A stretch of DNA of 64,000 nucleotides from Acidobacteriota bacterium (GTDB lineage: Bacteria > Acidobacteriota > Blastocatellia > Pyrinomonadales > Pyrinomonadaceae), in the NCBI GenBank assembly GCA_046728235.1, contig JBKPEE010000033.1, positions 222 through 64,221 of the forward strand, in the 5' to 3' direction. Positions within the stretch are counted from its first letter, which is position 1. Every line of letters starts with the position of its first letter. Both the position numbers and the translations under genes were made by a program. Under the pieces are notes generated by a model that saw only the letters and a list, made by a program, of their open reading frames with translations, was not told the DNA's origin and did no database searches. This document shows positions 28,055 to 37,228 of the stretch, one piece after another.

Positions 28055-28876
28055 ATGATTAATCCAACCATTAGCGAATGGCTTAATTTCATAGCTCGCT
28101 GGGTCCACGTGTTCGCCGGCATCATGTGGGTGGGCACGACCTATTACTTCACCTGGCTCGACGCGCGATTGAGCGAAGAAGAGAAAGCCGTGCTGAATAC
28201 GGGAAAAGTCGCCCAGATTTGGATGGTGCACAGCGGCGGCTTTTATGTCGTCGAAAAGCGCAAAGTACCCGACGAACTCTCGCGCAAGCTGCATTGGTTC
28301 AAGTGGGAAGCCGGCACAACCTGGTTGAGCGGTTTTGCCTTGCTGGTCATCGTTTACTATCTCGGCGGCGGAGCGTTGGTTGATCACGACGTGTCCAATA
28401 TCAGCATCGCCGGGGCGGTTGGCTTAGGCATAGCGACGCTCGTGCTTGGCTGGCTGATTTACGACCTGTTGATGATTTCGCCGCTGGGACGAAATGAAAA
28501 ACTCTTCGCCGTGCTGGCTTATGTGCTGATTGTCGCTACTGGATTTGGATTGACCCGCGTCCTCAGCGGCCGCGCTGCTTATATTCATCTCGGAGCGCTG
28601 TTTGGCACCATCATGGCGGCAAACGTTTGGATGCGCATCCTGCCGGCGCAGCGAAGGATGATCGCCGCCATCACAGCCGGCCACCAGCCGGATCAAAAGC
28701 TCGCGGCCCAGGCCAAGTTACGGTCAAAACAGAATACATTTATGGCCGTGCCGGTGGTTTTCTTAATGATCAGCAATCACTTCGGCGGGACCACGACTGG
28801 AGGCTACGATTGGATTCACCTGGCGATCCTCATTCCGCTGGGATGGCTGGCGGCAAAATTCATCCGCAGAGCCTGA
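28055..28876 (+). CDS. puuD: urate hydroxylase PuuD-like integral membrane protein (membrane domain only)
   Basis: EWLNFIARWVHVFAGIMWVGTTYYFTWLD, WMVHSGGFY and HWFKWEAGTTWLSGF match my recollection of the PuuD/COG3748 family. About 7 TM helices. No CxxCH motif. Confidence 0.55.
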   Translation: MINPTISEWLNFIARWVHVFAGIMWVGTTYYFTWLDARLSEEEKAVLNTGKVAQIWMVHSGGFYVVEKRKVPDELSRKLHWFKWEAGTTWLSGFALLVIVYYLGGGALVDHDVSNISIAGAVGLGIATLVLGWLIYDLLMISPLGRNEKLFAVLAYVLIVATGFGLTRVLSGRAAYIHLGALFGTIMAANVWMRILPAQRRMIAAITAGHQPDQKLAAQAKLRSKQNTFMAVPVVFLMISNHFGGTTTGGYDWIHLAILIPLGWLAAKFIRRA

Positions 28877-28886
28877 GTCGGAATTT

Positions 28887-29021
28887 GACAGGATTTACAC
28901 GATTAACAGAATCAGGAGCGCCAACGTCCCGCGTGCAGTTCGTTCGTTTACAATATCCGAAAGCAAGCGACGCTTACGCCTCAGACCGTCGTTTTATCCT
29001 GGTAATCCTGTAAATCCTGTC
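28887..29021. repeat. GACAGGATNTACA-terminated inverted-repeat element, copy 1
   Basis: gacaggatttaca (28887..28899) is the exact reverse complement of tgtaaatcctgtc (29009..29021). A related element lies at 58308..58402. Confidence 0.65.
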
Positions 29022-29497
29022 TATTTATTTTTCTTACTACTACCCATCCCCACGATGGTATCGAACTCTTCTTTCGTCAGCGGCATGACTGAAAGTTGCG
29101 ACTGTCGTATCAACGGCAGGTCTTGGAGCTTCGGGTTATATCGAATCGCCGCCAGCGGAACCGATTCTTTCAGTGGTTTGATCGGCTTGATGTCGACGGC
29201 GACCCATTGCGGATCGTCGGCCGTAGGATCGGCGTAGGCGGCTTTCGCTACTTCCGCGATGCCGACCACGCACTTGCCCGTGCCTGAGTGATAAAACAGC
29301 ACGTGATCGCCGATCTTCATCTGTTTCAGATTGTTGCGCGCCTGGAAATTTCGCACGCCCGTCCAGTCGGTGCGGCCATCGCGAACGAAATCATCCCACG
29401 AATAGCTCTCCGGCTCTTGCTTTACCATCCACAATCCTGACGAGCGGTCGGTCTTTTCGGCAGCTTTCCCTTTGGAGGTTTTCTTTCTCGTAGTCAT
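29021..29497 (-). CDS. EVE domain-containing protein
   Basis: WMVKQEPESYSWDDF, WTGVRNFQARNNLKQMKIGDHVLFYHS and QLSVMPL motifs. Start set at the internal ATG 29497. Confidence 0.8.
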   Translation of the reverse strand: MTTRKKTSKGKAAEKTDRSSGLWMVKQEPESYSWDDFVRDGRTDWTGVRNFQARNNLKQMKIGDHVLFYHSGTGKCVVGIAEVAKAAYADPTADDPQWVAVDIKPIKPLKESVPLAAIRYNPKLQDLPLIRQSQLSVMPLTKEEFDTIVGMGSSKKNK

Positions 29498-29570
29498 CTT
29501 TCTTTGCAGCTTCCCTTTTTCAGTCGTTACAATTCGCCGTTGTTCAATCTTAATCGATAGGAATTGAAAC

Positions 29571-30038
29571 GTGGTGGCAAAACTCAAAGAGGGTGAAAAA
29601 GCGCCGGACTTCGCTGTAAACGACGAAACCGGTCAGGTCGTCCGGTTACGGGACCTGCGCGGGAAAAAGGTCGTTCTCTATTTTTATCCCAAGGACGATA
29701 CTCCCGGGTGCACCAGGGAGGCATGTTCGTTTCGCGATTCATTTGCCAAATTCAAGAAACGCGGGATTGAGGTTTTTGGCGTCTCGCTGGACAGCGAAAA
29801 GTCCCATCAAAAATTCATCGACAAATACAGCCTGCCGTTTCGCTTGCTGGCCGACACCGAGCGCGAACTTTCCGAGAGCTTCGGTACCTACGGCGAGAAA
29901 AAGTTTATGGGTCGAACCTATATGGGCAATCATCGCGTGACTTTTTTGATTGACGAGAAGGGGAAGATTAAGAAGATCTTCAGCAAGGTTAAGCCTGACG
30001 AGCATGCTGAAGAAGTCCTCTCGGCTTTTAACGAATAG
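29571..30038 (+). CDS. bcp: thioredoxin-dependent thiol peroxidase (Bcp/PrxQ)
   Basis: VVLYFYPKDDTPGCTREAC active site (Cys-containing). 155 aa. Confidence 0.9.
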   Translation: MVAKLKEGEKAPDFAVNDETGQVVRLRDLRGKKVVLYFYPKDDTPGCTREACSFRDSFAKFKKRGIEVFGVSLDSEKSHQKFIDKYSLPFRLLADTERELSESFGTYGEKKFMGRTYMGNHRVTFLIDEKGKIKKIFSKVKPDEHAEEVLSAFNE

Positions 30039-30071
30039 CTCGCGAACTGCCGCACAATCGGCCGTATAAAG

Positions 30072-30719
30072 TCATGCACTGCGCGCTTTGGCGGAGAGCT
30101 TGACGCCGCGTTTCCGGCCTTTGGCTGAAGGTTTTCGCCCCGGCATCAACACGCCGACCGAGCTGAAGGATGGATTCAGGCGTTTCCTCTTTACCGTGGC
30201 CCTGGTCAGGCCTTCGATTTCGTCATTGACAAAATACATGCGCTGATGGCGGACGACCTGAGTGCGAATTTCCCGCGTCCAGAGCAAAAGATTCGCCAGC
30301 GCGTCACAAACTTCGTCTTTCGGCAGTTTTGTCACCTGCGCGATTTCCTTCTGCGTATGCGCGCCGCAACGAATGGCCTCGCGTACGCGGTCAGCGGGGG
30401 AGAGTTTTCGCAGCATGCGGGCAATGCGCCGCGATGAAAGAGAAGTTTTGTTATCGAGCGACACCCGGGGGTTGTCGGAACTAGTCGAGCTGCCGTGTTT
30501 CCCTCTGGCCTTCTTGTATTCGCGCAGGGCCTGACGACTCAAGGCAATTTTCTGCCGAATGCAGCGTTTGCAATACAGGTTCAAGCCGTCTTTTCGTGCG
30601 CGGCATATGCCGAATTCCGAGAGTGGCAAGGACTCTTCGCATCGCGGACATCTTTTCAACTCGATCTCGCTAACTTCTGCCAGTAACGTCACGTTCGTCT
30701 CTCCGAAGCAATGATTCAA
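30072..30719 (-). CDS. hypothetical zinc-ribbon plus winged-helix-like DNA-binding protein
   Basis: CPRCEES...LYCKRC four-Cys ribbon, a central HTQKEIAQVTKLPKDEVCDALANLL HTH-like segment and a basic tail. No family recognised. Confidence 0.5.
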   Translation of the reverse strand: MNHCFGETNVTLLAEVSEIELKRCPRCEESLPLSEFGICRARKDGLNLYCKRCIRQKIALSRQALREYKKARGKHGSSTSSDNPRVSLDNKTSLSSRRIARMLRKLSPADRVREAIRCGAHTQKEIAQVTKLPKDEVCDALANLLLWTREIRTQVVRHQRMYFVNDEIEGLTRATVKRKRLNPSFSSVGVLMPGRKPSAKGRKRGVKLSAKARSA

Positions 30720-31372
30720 CTATTTACGAAAACAAAACGCCTTTGCAGCAGAACCCACGCCGCTTGTCCGCTTGTTTACTTCCAAACCCTTTATGACTGA
30801 AGTTGGCGGATTGTGTTCCAGGGACCGTGCCGGAACAATTCGCCTTCGATTGTCGGCAGCTGCTGCGCTTAACGACCCCCTACTGCCCGCGCGCCTGCAG
30901 ATTATCAACCAGGCGTGTCAAAGCGGTCGCGGAATAGCTGACGATGCTTGCGAGAGGAAAAGCAATTTTTCGGCTCAACTGATCTTCGTCAACTTGTCAC
31001 TGCGCTGGACGCTCGACAACAAGGGATCGGCATTATAGTTATCGAGAATTTTTTTGCAACTCGTTTCGTCACATGTGGTGGTCCAATCGGTAACTGAAGA
31101 CGATTTTGATCGGATAACTTCGTAACGAAGAAATTTCCGTCTCGCAACACCTGTCAAGAGAGACGATTACGCGCGCCCGAAAAAATGATCGCAAGCAATC
31201 ATGACCCCCGTCGACTACACATGCAGAGATCACGTCGATGAAAAATCGATCAATAGAAATGCGTGCTTCACGAATCTCCATAAATCGTTCGCCTAAAGTC
31301 GCGCCCAAAACCTGATGGGCCCAGCGCGGTGGTCCAACTATTAGTTGATTGGTTATTCAAATGCGCCGGTTG

Positions 31373-31492
31373 CTGGGAGCGCGGACGTCCTCGTCCGCAG
31401 CGCCAGCGAAGCTTGCGCTGGTTTCGTCGCTCGCATACTGGAAGTTTTCGCGCTTCGCGCTCATTGCGGATGGTGAACGTCCGCGCTCCCAG
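31373..31492. repeat. GGAGCGC...GCGCTCC hairpin element, long variant
   Basis: ctgggagcgcggacgt (31373..31388) is the exact reverse complement of acgtccgcgctcccag (31477..31492). Confidence 0.7.
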
Positions 31493-31612
31493 GTTTGCGC
31501 GCGCCCATTTCACTCGAGAGGAATTATTCATAAGGATCTCGGTTAACTCACAGGGCTGTGCACATCTCGGGAAGTCTCGATTTCTGAACCAGTTGCCAGT
31601 TCGAATCGAGTT

Positions 31613-31646
31613 TTATCCACAGGTTTTCAACAGATTCTGTGGATAA
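31613..31646. promoter_or_regulatory. inverted pair of perfect DnaA-box consensus 9-mers
   Basis: TTATCCACA at 31613..31621 and TGTGGATAA at 31638..31646. They form a 10-bp inverted repeat with a 14-nt spacer. Confidence 0.4.
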
Positions 31647-31671
31647 GTGAGGTAAGCGTATAGGCGAGGCG

Positions 31672-32100
31672 TCACGTCCGGGAAGTTTCTCGTTTCGGAC
31701 GATCTTTCAAGCGAAACACGAATTTCAGGCCTGACCAGACTTCATCAACGGCGCAAACTTTCACATCGACCAGGCCGTTTGCCAGCCCGATGTCGCGAAC
31801 AATGTTCTCGTTAAGATCGGTTTGCACGCCGGACGCCTTCTTCGGCCACGAAACCCAGAACAAGCCGGCCGGTTTTATTCTTCCTGAGTATTGCGCAAAG
31901 GCGGTTGTCAACGTTTTCTGGCTGGTCACAAACGCAATTATCAGATCCAAATCTCTGCTCCTTAAAGGAGACTTGATGTTTACGCTGGCCGGCAACTCCA
32001 GTTGCTTCGCAAAGCTCTTTGGGGCATTTACAAAAGCAACCTCATAGTCAGGTTTTATTCCCAACTTCTTGACGAGTGGTGTTCCTGAATAGCCGGCCAT
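31672..32100 (-). CDS. DUF3052 domain-containing protein
   Basis: MAGYSGTPLVKKLGIKP ... LFWVSWPKKASGVQTDL ... GLVDVKVCAVDEVWSGLKFV matches the DUF3052 pattern. Start at the internal ATG 32100. Confidence 0.8.
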   Translation of the reverse strand: MAGYSGTPLVKKLGIKPDYEVAFVNAPKSFAKQLELPASVNIKSPLRSRDLDLIIAFVTSQKTLTTAFAQYSGRIKPAGLFWVSWPKKASGVQTDLNENIVRDIGLANGLVDVKVCAVDEVWSGLKFVFRLKDRPKRETSRT

Positions 32101-32126
32101 TTTCGATGAGCGCGAAGTGCGAAGAA

Positions 32127-33356
32127 TCATTCGGTCAGATCAACTGTTTCGCCAAAGCGAATCCCGCGACGTTCACGTCCGAGCGCGATGATCAAGATGG
32201 CGCCCAGAAATACCGTTAAGCTGGTTAACGCCATGGTTGTTGGATAACTCGTTCTGGCAGCAAAAACTGCCTGGATGAAACCGACCAAACCCGCAAGGGC
32301 CACGCCACATTGGTATGCGAAGCCGGGAAGAAAACCACGCACCGAATCAGGCGAGAGTTCCGATAAGTGAGCCGGAATGATTCCCCATGCCCCCTGCACC
32401 ATAAACTGCATCAAAAACCCACCAGTCAACAACAAAGTCAGTGCGGGCGAAAGTGCCCAAAGTGGAATTACCAGGATTGCGCATGAAAGTGCCACGATCA
32501 TTGACCGCCGCCGGCCGAAGCGATCTGACACCAAGCCAAACAGTATCCCGCCGATGATGGCCCCCACCATTGTGCACGCGGTGATGGCGGCCACTCTTTG
32601 CGGACTGAAATGCCAGGCGCGCTTCAACAGCGTCGGATACATGTCCTGCGTGCCGTGCGAAACGAAATTCATCATCATCATCAGCAACACTAAATAAATA
32701 AATAGTCGCCAGTGCGAAGCAATCGCCCGGCCTAATTGGCCCCATGTTTCGTGACGGGTTTTTTCCCACACCTCCGACTCCTTAACTCGCAGACGAACGA
32801 AAATTGCCAATAACGCCGGCAATCCGCCGATGAAGAACATCGGCCGCCAACCCCAGCGGGGGAAGACCAGGAAGTAGCAGATCGCCGCGAGGAGGTAACC
32901 GGCAGCGTATCCTTCCTGGAGCAGGCCAGATAGAACGCCCCGTAGTTTCGGCGGAACTTTCTCCATAGCGAGTGAAGCACCAACACCCCATTCGCCGCCC
33001 ATACCAATGCCGAACAGCGCCCGCAGTACCAGGAATGTCGCGTAATTTGGTGCCAGACCGGATAGCACCTCGACTATCGAAAAGAAAATGAGATCGATGA
33101 TTAGCGGTAACCGGCGACCATAGCGATCGGCCATTAAACCAAAAATAAAAGCACCGACGGGACGAAACGCGAGTGTCAACGTGATGGCGAGCGCAATATC
33201 TTTGTCTGTCTTGTGGAAATCCGCCTGGATGGCGGTCAGCGCCATGACCACCAGAAAAAAATCAAACGCATCGAGTGTCCAGCCCAGAAATCCCGCAAAC
33301 AGCGCTGCTCCGTGACCTGCGGAACTGTCGTTCGAGTGCTTCACTGCATTTCGCAT
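32127..33356 (-). CDS. MFS transporter
   Basis: 409 aa, about 12 TM helices, MFS loop motif ADRYGRR / SDRFGRRR. Confidence 0.9.
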   Translation of the reverse strand: MRNAVKHSNDSSAGHGAALFAGFLGWTLDAFDFFLVVMALTAIQADFHKTDKDIALAITLTLAFRPVGAFIFGLMADRYGRRLPLIIDLIFFSIVEVLSGLAPNYATFLVLRALFGIGMGGEWGVGASLAMEKVPPKLRGVLSGLLQEGYAAGYLLAAICYFLVFPRWGWRPMFFIGGLPALLAIFVRLRVKESEVWEKTRHETWGQLGRAIASHWRLFIYLVLLMMMMNFVSHGTQDMYPTLLKRAWHFSPQRVAAITACTMVGAIIGGILFGLVSDRFGRRRSMIVALSCAILVIPLWALSPALTLLLTGGFLMQFMVQGAWGIIPAHLSELSPDSVRGFLPGFAYQCGVALAGLVGFIQAVFAARTSYPTTMALTSLTVFLGAILIIALGRERRGIRFGETVDLTE

Positions 33357-33463
33357 AATTTTTATGAAGGCGGCGATACTAAACCGCTGACAGCCATAGG
33401 TTCAAGCTAATCCTTGCGGCTATAATCCCCCGAAACTCAGGAAGGCCGTAGCTTTAACTTATT

Positions 33464-34219
33464 GTGTTGGATCCAACGAAGCGATTTTCCAATCGGGTCG
33501 AGAACTACCTGAAGTATCGTCCCAGTTATCCGGTCGAGATCATTCCTTTGCTCAAGAATGAATGTAGCCTCACCTCAGATAGCCTGATCGCAGACATAGG
33601 TTCGGGCACTGGCTTCATGTCCGAGCTGTTCCTGAAAAACGGAAACACCGTTTACGGCGTTGAACCCAACGTGGAGATGCGTTCGGCAGGTGAACGATTA
33701 TTAGCAAAGTATCCAAAGTTCTTGAGTGTGAACGCTACGGCGGAAGCGACGACGCTTGCTGATAACTCGATCGATCTGATCATCGCGGGACAGGCGTTTC
33801 ACTGGTTCAATCAGGCAAAAGCAAAACTCGAGTTCAAACGAGTGGTGAAATCCACCGGGTGGGTGGTGCTGGTTTGGAACGGGTTCCTCGTCGAAACGAG
33901 CGCGCTGGTCCGTGGATACCAGGAACTGCTGATGGAATATGGAACCGATTACCAGGAGGTCAACCGAGAGATCGAGGACTGTGATATCGCAGCTTTCTTC
34001 TCGCCTTCTAAATGCCGGCAGGCGCGCTTTCCTTTCAAACAGGTCTTTGATTTTGAAGGCTTGAAGGGACGCTTGCTCTCCGCCTCTTACGCGCCTGAGC
34101 CAAATGACCCCAGATTCGATCAGATGATCGACGATCTGAGGCAAGTCTTCATGGCGAATCAAAGGGACGGTCGAGTAGACTTTGATTACGAAACCCTCGT
34201 TTACTACGGTCGGTTATGA
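33464..34219 (+). CDS. class I SAM-dependent methyltransferase
   Basis: IADIGSGTG motif I, VYGVEPN, and the IIAGQAFHWF motif. Confidence 0.85.
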   Translation: MLDPTKRFSNRVENYLKYRPSYPVEIIPLLKNECSLTSDSLIADIGSGTGFMSELFLKNGNTVYGVEPNVEMRSAGERLLAKYPKFLSVNATAEATTLADNSIDLIIAGQAFHWFNQAKAKLEFKRVVKSTGWVVLVWNGFLVETSALVRGYQELLMEYGTDYQEVNREIEDCDIAAFFSPSKCRQARFPFKQVFDFEGLKGRLLSASYAPEPNDPRFDQMIDDLRQVFMANQRDGRVDFDYETLVYYGRL

Positions 34220-34361
34220 AAAAGTGAACCCGTGTGCAACCCACTTGAGAAATTCCCGGCTGGAACCCGCGGGTGATGAAATCGCGCAGAGTCTCGTTGT
34301 CAGAATTCGCGGGGCAAGGTAAACTCTCGCTGCTTCCGAGACCTGTATTAAGGAGATCCTG

Positions 34362-34961
<600 letters not shown>

Positions 34962-35009
34962 TACTGTCACGACCAGACCTGACGGATTAACAACCAGATC
35001 GAACGTCAA

Positions 35010-35438
35010 TTGAGAAAAATGAGAAGGCAAACCCTATTCGTGGCCACCGCGGTTCTGCTGACCCTGGCCGGCTGCAAGTCAAACGCTTCGCCCACCGCCA
35101 GCTTCAAAACTTATTTTGAAGCTCAGAAGAAAAAAGATATCGCGGGAATGAAGCAGCAGTTGTCAAAGACTTCGTTAGCCATGATGGAAGCCTCGGCGAA
35201 AGAACAAGGGGTGACGCTGGATAAAATGATTGAGGGGCAACTCGAGAATCCCGCCGCGAAGACCGACAAGATGCCGGAAATCCGCAATGAGAAGATCAAC
35301 GGCAACGAAGCCACCCTTGAGCTCCACAACGATGAAGCGCAAAGGTGGGACACGATGTATTTCGTGAAAGAGGATGGCGCGTGGAAGATTGCCCTCGATC
35401 GCACGATCGAGGAGCTGCTCAGAAAATCGGGAGCCTGA
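35010..35438 (+). CDS. hypothetical lipoprotein
   Basis: 142 aa with the lipobox LTLAGC. Confidence 0.6.
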   Translation: MRKMRRQTLFVATAVLLTLAGCKSNASPTASFKTYFEAQKKKDIAGMKQQLSKTSLAMMEASAKEQGVTLDKMIEGQLENPAAKTDKMPEIRNEKINGNEATLELHNDEAQRWDTMYFVKEDGAWKIALDRTIEELLRKSGA

Positions 35439-35449
35439 CCTGATCGTCG

Positions 35450-37027
35450 CTACTTCCGTCCTGCGCGCGCAAAAGCCTTTTCGATTGCCGCCCGCAGACC
35501 TTCACCTGAGTATTCAGTCAGAATCACGCCGTTGATAAAGAAGGTTGGCGTGGCTTCGACTCCGTATCCTTCGCCATCTTCGATGTCCCGGCGTAGTACG
35601 GGGTCATACTTTGCCGAATCGAAATCAACATCGAACTGTTTACGATCGAGCCCTACCTGGCTGGCGTATTTCTTCAGTGAATCACGATCGAGCGTGCCCT
35701 GGTTCTTGAAAAGCAGATCAATATATTCCCAGAACTTGCCCTGGGCCTTGGCTGCCTGTGCGGCCAGCGCGGCGTTGTAGGCATTCGGGTGCACGGTCGT
35801 CAGGGGAAAGTTTCGCATCACAAAATGAACCCGCGGGCCATAGGATTTGAGCACCTCTTCCACGATCGGATACATGCCGCCGCACGCGGAACATTGAAAG
35901 TCGGTAAACTCAACCACCGTTACCGGCGAATTCACATCGCCGCGCGACGCGCCGGTGCCCAGGCCGATATTCATCGGTGGAGGTTCAGGTTCTCTCAGGA
36001 AGATCTTTAACTTCGCGCCGGTCCGCAGTTTGTTCGCCAGGGTCACTTCCAGCTTTTCCTGTTGCTGTTGTTGCAGGTAAGTGGCGATAGCCCCGCGCGC
36101 GCCAGCCAGGTCGGACTTAATGTTGGCTTTATTATCCTCGTAGAATTTCGAGATTTCTGCGTCGTTAGGCGTTTTGATTTTGTCGGTAATCTCGGTCCGC
36201 ACGATTTCTTCCGGGCCGACCTTACGTTTGTTGGCTTCCGCCACAATCAGCAGATCGTTGATGCGCTGGTCGAGAACGTCCTTACGGGCGGAATAAATAC
36301 GCATCTGCATCTTGTAGACATACGCCTTCATTCGCTCGTTGATGGCCTCAACGCGCAATGGCTCGCCATCGACAGAAGCCAGTACCGCGCCGGAAGCAAG
36401 ATTAGGCGCGTTCACATCAGCGCTCTTGCTGACGACGTTGGTCATCTTCAGCCGGTTAACCAATGCGCCATACAGCTCTGTTCGCCGCTGGTTACGGATA
36501 AAGTTCGCGAGGTCATTGCGCACCGACTCTAAATCGGCAGCTCCGATCTGATCGCGGTTGGCGTCGTAGGCAGCGCGAATCTCCTGATCAGTCGGAGCGG
36601 GAATTTTTGCGTTGATCTCAGATTCGATGAGGTCGTTTGGTGATTTGCCCCGTTTCTTTGCTTCGGCCGCGATCAGCATCGAGCTGACCCGCGCATCGAC
36701 TGCCCGCTGCCGGGCTTCCTTCGTGGCTTTCACCGAATCCGTGTAGAAATCATGCAAATAAGGATCGGGATCCCGCATGATTACTGCACTCACGTCGGAT
36801 TCGATGTCCGACGTTGTGATCGTCGTATCGTTCACGGTTGCCAGAGGTGCAGCCGAGGGATCGCCGTTCGCGACTGGTGAGGGCGAAACAACTGCTGGTG
36901 CCGGAGTTGCCGCGGGCTTCGCTGGTGCAGGCCGCGACGTTGCCGGAGAGCGTGGGGTCTGTGCGACAACAACAATGAACAACAAGGCAGCAGTGAACGC
37001 TGCGAGGGTAATTCTGGTTAGACTCAT
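35450..37027 (-). CDS. DsbA-family thioredoxin-fold protein fused to two SurA-N-like chaperone modules
   Basis: N-terminal anchor and Pro/Ala-rich linker, two similar helical modules, and a C-terminal FTDFQCSACG CxxC thioredoxin domain. Start at the internal ATG 37027. Confidence 0.75.
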   Translation of the reverse strand: MSLTRITLAAFTAALLFIVVVAQTPRSPATSRPAPAKPAATPAPAVVSPSPVANGDPSAAPLATVNDTTITTSDIESDVSAVIMRDPDPYLHDFYTDSVKATKEARQRAVDARVSSMLIAAEAKKRGKSPNDLIESEINAKIPAPTDQEIRAAYDANRDQIGAADLESVRNDLANFIRNQRRTELYGALVNRLKMTNVVSKSADVNAPNLASGAVLASVDGEPLRVEAINERMKAYVYKMQMRIYSARKDVLDQRINDLLIVAEANKRKVGPEEIVRTEITDKIKTPNDAEISKFYEDNKANIKSDLAGARGAIATYLQQQQQEKLEVTLANKLRTGAKLKIFLREPEPPPMNIGLGTGASRGDVNSPVTVVEFTDFQCSACGGMYPIVEEVLKSYGPRVHFVMRNFPLTTVHPNAYNAALAAQAAKAQGKFWEYIDLLFKNQGTLDRDSLKKYASQVGLDRKQFDVDFDSAKYDPVLRRDIEDGEGYGVEATPTFFINGVILTEYSGEGLRAAIEKAFARAGRK

Positions 37028-37228
37028 CAGGGCAATCTTTCTGCTGGAAGCGCGGTCGTCGCCTGCGCCAGGCCAGCCGTTACGGCGCACGATCATAAGT
37101 GAAGCGGTGAAGTTCAGCAAAAAGCCGCGGGCGGTAGTTTCGCCAGTCGCCGCTCGGAACGATCAATAAAACGCTCGAATTAACCCGAATCGACTGCTTC
37201 GTGATATTTCGGGTGGTCTCGTGGCTCG

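Noticed and set aside
31560-31670. Could the DnaA-box pair mark the chromosomal origin (oriC)?
   Set aside because: Only two boxes are present, with no clear additional degenerate boxes, no AT-rich unwinding element and no dnaA/dnaN/gyrB neighbourhood in this window. It is reported only as a possible DnaA-binding site.
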